The notes under the pieces were generated by a model. The model had not been told where the DNA came from. It searched no databases and saw nothing but the letters and a program-made list of their open reading frames with translations. 31,392 bases of DNA from a virus (taxonomy: Duplodnaviria; Caudoviricetes): positions 1 to 31,392 of the IMG/VR virus record IMGVR_UViG_3300020457_000047; one strand, given 5' to 3'. A program made the translations under genes and the position numbers. Below, piece by piece: positions 28,061 to 31,392 of this stretch (position 1 is its first letter; the number at the start of each line of letters is the position of its first letter).

Positions 28061-28492
28061 ATGATACTAGATAACCAAGTAATAATAGCAGGCGAGACAG
28101 TTAACAAAGAAAGATGGGGCATGGCAGCACATCACGATGAGAACAAAACTTTTACAGGTAATGTTCTATACAAAAGCCAAATAAGAACAGCTCCAAGTGG
28201 TTATTCACATGATGACTCCGTTGAAACAAACTTTGAAAAAACAGCTCAAGTAGATGGGCTTACAGTTTGGAAATCAAATGGAGAAGTTCCATTCGCAGAC
28301 ATGTTATTAGACTTTGTACAAATTGGTGCAATAACTTTTGAACAAGCAGAGTTCTCACTAATACAAAAACAAAAAGATCAAAGCGCAAGTCTTGATACTT
28401 TGTTTAGAGCAGAGGACGGCAATGTTTACTTAGGCGAAGGTGCCCTAGACTATCGTAAAGACAGACTAGCAAAAATAGCGGAGGCAGCGTAA
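28061..28492 (+). CDS. Hypothetical early protein (143 aa)
   Basis: First gene after the sigma70-type promoter, with a Shine-Dalgarno. Contains a WKSNGEVPF.DML motif. Function unknown. Confidence 0.8.
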   Translation: MILDNQVIIAGETVNKERWGMAAHHDENKTFTGNVLYKSQIRTAPSGYSHDDSVETNFEKTAQVDGLTVWKSNGEVPFADMLLDFVQIGAITFEQAEFSLIQKQKDQSASLDTLFRAEDGNVYLGEGALDYRKDRLAKIAEAA

Positions 28493-29598
28493 TGATATTT
28501 CCTTTACCAACACTCTACAAAAGAGACACGAACGGAAACATTCGTGAACTAACAGTAGAATATTCTCAAGGTGTATTGAATGCTACTAGAACTATTGCTG
28601 GTATAAAAGACGGCAACCTAGTTACAAGTGGTTGGAAAAATGCTACAGGTAAGAACACAGGCAAAGCAAATGCTACTACAGATGCTGAACAAGCACAGAA
28701 AGAAGCTCAGGCAATGTGGGATAAGAAAGTAGAAAAAGAATACTTTGAAGACATTTCAAAGGTTGATACTTACGATAAGTTCAAACCACAACTAGCACAT
28801 GACTACACAAAAAGACCACAGTCTAGTGGTATTAGTCAACCTAAGTTAGATGGCATTAGATGTATTGCTAGGAAAGATGGACTTTACACAAGAGCAGGTA
28901 AGAAAATCACAACATGTGATCACATATATTTTGAACTACAAGCGTTCTTTGTAGAAAATCCACATGTTATTTTAGATGGTGAACTTTACAATCACGAACT
29001 AAAAGATGACTTCAACAAAATTACAAGTCTAGTTCGTAAAGTAAAACCTACTCCAGAAGAGGCAGCAGAATGTCAAAAACTTGTTGAGTATCATGTTTAT
29101 GATATGGCATGGAAAGACTCTGTTTGTGATGAAGGATTCTTAGACAGAATGAGCTTTATAGAAGATCAAGAGTTTGAACTTCCAATAGTTACAGTTCCAA
29201 CATCAGTATGTGAAAACCAAGAAGAGTTAGATGCTTTGTATTCACAATATACAGAAGATGGTTACGAAGGACAGATGGTTCGTAACAATACAGTCTACGA
29301 AAACAAAAGAAGTAAGAACTTACTGAAAAGAAAAGAGTTCATTACAGAAGAGTTTGATGTTATAGATGTATTAGAAGGCTCAGGTAATTGGGCAGGATAT
29401 GCTAAACACTTTGTTCTTACAGACGGAACAGAAACATTTAAGAGTGGTGTTAGAGGCAATCAAGCGACACTTAAAGCTCTACTAGAACAAGATGAGAAAC
29501 CTACTTGGGTTACATGTAGATTCTTTGAAAGGTCAGTAGATAACATTCCAAGATTCCCGGTTGTAATTGACTGGGGTGTAGGTAAGAGGGAGGACTAA
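28492..29598 (+). CDS. Compact ATP-dependent DNA ligase with a WGR-like N-terminal domain
   Basis: Motif I QPKLDGIRC, III ILDGELY, IIIa EYHVYD, IV YEGQMVR, V LLKRK and VI PRFP. GGAGG Shine-Dalgarno. Confidence 0.93.
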   Translation: MIFPLPTLYKRDTNGNIRELTVEYSQGVLNATRTIAGIKDGNLVTSGWKNATGKNTGKANATTDAEQAQKEAQAMWDKKVEKEYFEDISKVDTYDKFKPQLAHDYTKRPQSSGISQPKLDGIRCIARKDGLYTRAGKKITTCDHIYFELQAFFVENPHVILDGELYNHELKDDFNKITSLVRKVKPTPEEAAECQKLVEYHVYDMAWKDSVCDEGFLDRMSFIEDQEFELPIVTVPTSVCENQEELDALYSQYTEDGYEGQMVRNNTVYENKRSKNLLKRKEFITEEFDVIDVLEGSGNWAGYAKHFVLTDGTETFKSGVRGNQATLKALLEQDEKPTWVTCRFFERSVDNIPRFPVVIDWGVGKRED

Positions 29599-29786
29599 TG
29601 TACACATATTTGAAAGAGATAACAGATTGGTCTCCATACAAAGTTAAGAATCACACTTATATTTTTGATGAGAAAGGACAGAATGTTGGTTACATTATAA
29701 GTGGAACCAAGGAAGAACTCTTTTACAAGAAACCTTCCAAGCTCTTTTCTAAATCACGAAGGAAATTCATTAAACTAAAGAGGTAA
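29598..29786 (+). CDS. Small basic hypothetical protein (62 aa)
   Basis: GGAGG Shine-Dalgarno and TAATG coupling to the ligase. Motif LKE.T.W....NHTY......GY......F..SRRKF. Confidence 0.8.
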   Translation: MYTYLKEITDWSPYKVKNHTYIFDEKGQNVGYIISGTKEELFYKKPSKLFSKSRRKFIKLKR

Positions 29787-29788
29787 CT

Positions 29789-29947
29789 ATGTTAGAACTA
29801 ATAGGACTTATAGCTTTGATATGGATTGCAGTTAAATTTTTGCCAAACTTTTTAATGTTTGTGCTTAAATTATTAGTTGCATTGTTAATACTATATTTAG
29901 CTTTATACATATTAGGTGGATTTATACATTGGCATCTTATCATATGA
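29789..29947 (+). CDS. Small hydrophobic membrane protein (52 aa, not in the ORF track)
   Basis: MLELIGLIALIWIAVKFLPNFLMFVLKLLVALLILYLALYILGGFIHWHLII*. GAGG Shine-Dalgarno, fills the gap exactly, and has an ATGA overlap with the next gene. Confidence 0.75.
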   Translation: MLELIGLIALIWIAVKFLPNFLMFVLKLLVALLILYLALYILGGFIHWHLII

Positions 29948-30462
29948 TAAAATATTATGATGGCGTCTTTACATCTAAACAATGTAAAGATTTAATTAAA
30001 GTATTTGATAACTCAAAGGGGCACCATCAACCTATCGATACGCCTCTTATGAAGTTTAATCAATATAACTTTACATCTAATCAAATGAATACACCCTTAC
30101 ACCAGGAAATGGTAGAAGGGTTTATGTCATTAGGCCGTAAATATTTTTCTGATGTAGAAGCAAGAATACTTCCTAATATAGGAGGGTTCGAAGAATTTAG
30201 AATTAAAAAATATGTTGAAGGAGGAGACTTCAAAGAACATATAGATGTAATGAACTATGCTAGTTCTAGAAGAATTGTAGGGTTCTTACTTTATCTAAAT
30301 GATTGTGATGGTGTTACAACATTTTCTAATCATGATGTAACCATAGAACCTAAGACAGGTCGTGTATTAGTTTTTCCACCTACTTGGGAATATCCTCACA
30401 CAGGAAATAAATCATCTACAGACAAATATATAATGTCTACTTACTTGCATTTAGCAGACTAA
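29944..30462 (+). CDS. 2OG-Fe(II) oxygenase, prolyl-4-hydroxylase-like
   Basis: IKKY..G..F.EHID (HxD), R...FLLYLND...G.T.F, P..G.VLVFPP.W.YPH.G and KYIMSTY. Likely start is ATG 29944. Confidence 0.9.
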   Translation: MIKYYDGVFTSKQCKDLIKVFDNSKGHHQPIDTPLMKFNQYNFTSNQMNTPLHQEMVEGFMSLGRKYFSDVEARILPNIGGFEEFRIKKYVEGGDFKEHIDVMNYASSRRIVGFLLYLNDCDGVTTFSNHDVTIEPKTGRVLVFPPTWEYPHTGNKSSTDKYIMSTYLHLAD

Positions 30463-30701
30463 TCCCATTCAGAAAATTTAAGTCTAACAAGAGCTTTTCT
30501 TACAATAGCAATACCTGTTAAACCTATAAAGTTAATAAACGCAGCCATCTCAGATGAGGTGCCTGCGTAGTCTATGCAAGCCTTAATAATGAATACACTT
30601 AGAGGGAACATAATAATTGCTCCTAGTGCTGTATCTACTGTTGCTTCGTGTAATGCTTTTCTTAGTTTACTATTTTGTACCAATCGCCATGAACCTTTCA
30701 T
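30459..30701 (-). CDS. Small two-TM membrane protein, start uncertain (30725, 30701 or TTG 30683)
   Basis: ALHEATVDTALGAIIMFPLSVFII...FINFIGLTGIAIVRKALVRL has two hydrophobic segments. Its stop overlaps the convergent oxygenase stop. Confidence 0.65.
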   Translation of the reverse strand: MKGSWRLVQNSKLRKALHEATVDTALGAIIMFPLSVFIIKACIDYAGTSSEMAAFINFIGLTGIAIVRKALVRLKFSEWD

Positions 30702-31338
30702 AATATACCTTGCCATTCCAATCATAATAGAATTGCTTAGTTTTACCGCTGTAGGTAGTATCCTTTAAACCAGCATTTTCAATTAACGCTTTCTCACTAT
30801 CTACACAATTGATGCCATACATTTCTTCTATGACATTTGAATTCTGTACAGCAAATATAGCGTGTTTATTTGCTGTTTTTAAATCTTTCAAAGGATACAT
30901 TTGTTCTGCTCCCATTGTAATAACTATATCAACCTTTAATTGATTTAATTCATCAAATGCGAACGGAATATCCATATTCCAGTGATTTATTTTTATGTAT
31001 TCTTCTGCTATATAATGCTTATTAAACACCTTAGAGAGCTCTAAAGCTTCTTTATCGATGTCAACTAGGTGCATTTCTCCTACAGATAAGTTCTCACATA
31101 AGAGAGGAACTAAAGGAACTCCTAACCAGCTGTTTAAGATAAGAATATTAAATTGCTCATCTTTCATATAGTCGTCTAAACTATTCTTTAGTTCTTCTAC
31201 TAGCCATATAGCAGCTTCCATTGTATTAGGATTCAATGCTTGTCTAAAGTCATCATGTTTATGTTTCATTTCATGCTCTACTTTAGCGAGAGCATTGCCC
31301 CAATGTTGTAAGTTATTTAAAAAATTAAAATTTAACAT
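30670..31338 (-). CDS. Class I SAM-dependent methyltransferase-like protein with a degenerate motif I
   Basis: Rossmann pattern ILILNSWLG...HLVDIDKEA...MDI....DIVI...AEQM...AVQNSN....INCV.S..........RFMAIG. Start more likely ATG 31338, because an upstream CDS end overlaps there. Confidence 0.65.
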   Translation of the reverse strand: MLNFNFLNNLQHWGNALAKVEHEMKHKHDDFRQALNPNTMEAAIWLVEELKNSLDDYMKDEQFNILILNSWLGVPLVPLLCENLSVGEMHLVDIDKEALELSKVFNKHYIAEEYIKINHWNMDIPFAFDELNQLKVDIVITMGAEQMYPLKDLKTANKHAIFAVQNSNVIEEMYGINCVDSEKALIENAGLKDTTYSGKTKQFYYDWNGKVYYERFMAIGTK

Positions 31339-31392
31339 CTTCTTTTCTTCCCATTGAATCAAATAAACAGACATATGGTATTTGTCTGAATA
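31325..31392 (-). CDS. 3' end of an upstream gene (partial, possibly a glycosyltransferase)
   Basis: Frame reads ...FRQIPYVCLFDSMGRKEDVKF* and ends overlapping ATG 31338. Too short for a reliable functional call. Confidence 0.45.
   Translation of the reverse strand, partial: FRQIPYVCLFDSMGRKEDVKF

Noticed and set aside
2646-30768. Other antisense or nested ORFs (2646, 2909, 3697, 4425, 5478, 8423, 9197, 9930, 11632, 13410, 14341, 14595, 14925, 20977, 22128, 23254, 23945, 24196, 26271, 26900, 29770, 30574)
   Set aside because: All overlap better-supported genes and lack recognisable motifs.

Overview
AT-rich window from a T4-like myovirus, most similar in gene content to marine T4-like phages. 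The host cannot be determined from this window. Bases 1-5037 (minus strand) carry gp4, gp2, a gp54/gp19-like tube initiator, gp26, a gp51-like ORF and a probable tape measure gene that runs off the window. Bases 5083-26034 (plus strand) carry gp48, gp53, a gp27-like hub, gp5, a hypothetical gene, gp25, gp6, gp7, a small structural gene, gp8, a 2080-aa VrlC/DUF4815-like protein and fibre-like genes, with several TATAAATA late promoters. Next is a late cassette (possible chaperone, glycosyltransferase, atypical 2OG-oxygenase-like protein). A sigma70-type early unit follows (hypothetical gene, ATP-dependent DNA ligase, small genes, prolyl-hydroxylase-like oxygenase), converging on a minus-strand methyltransferase-like cluster. 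Most notable observations: (1) a T-TTT-TTC slippery site that would fuse gp26 to a start-less gp51 frame by -1 frameshifting directly upstream of the tape measure gene, like lambda gpG/gpGT; (2) a 144-aa Tyr-x-Gly tract with mirror-symmetric spacing, followed by a putative virion-modification cassette; (3) a 94-aa mucin-like Pro/Thr insert in the giant structural protein; (4) a lysozyme-less gp5 ending in a His-x-His apex; (5) late promoters placed to give nearly leaderless mRNAs. All calls come from motif recognition and synteny, and no database searches were run.
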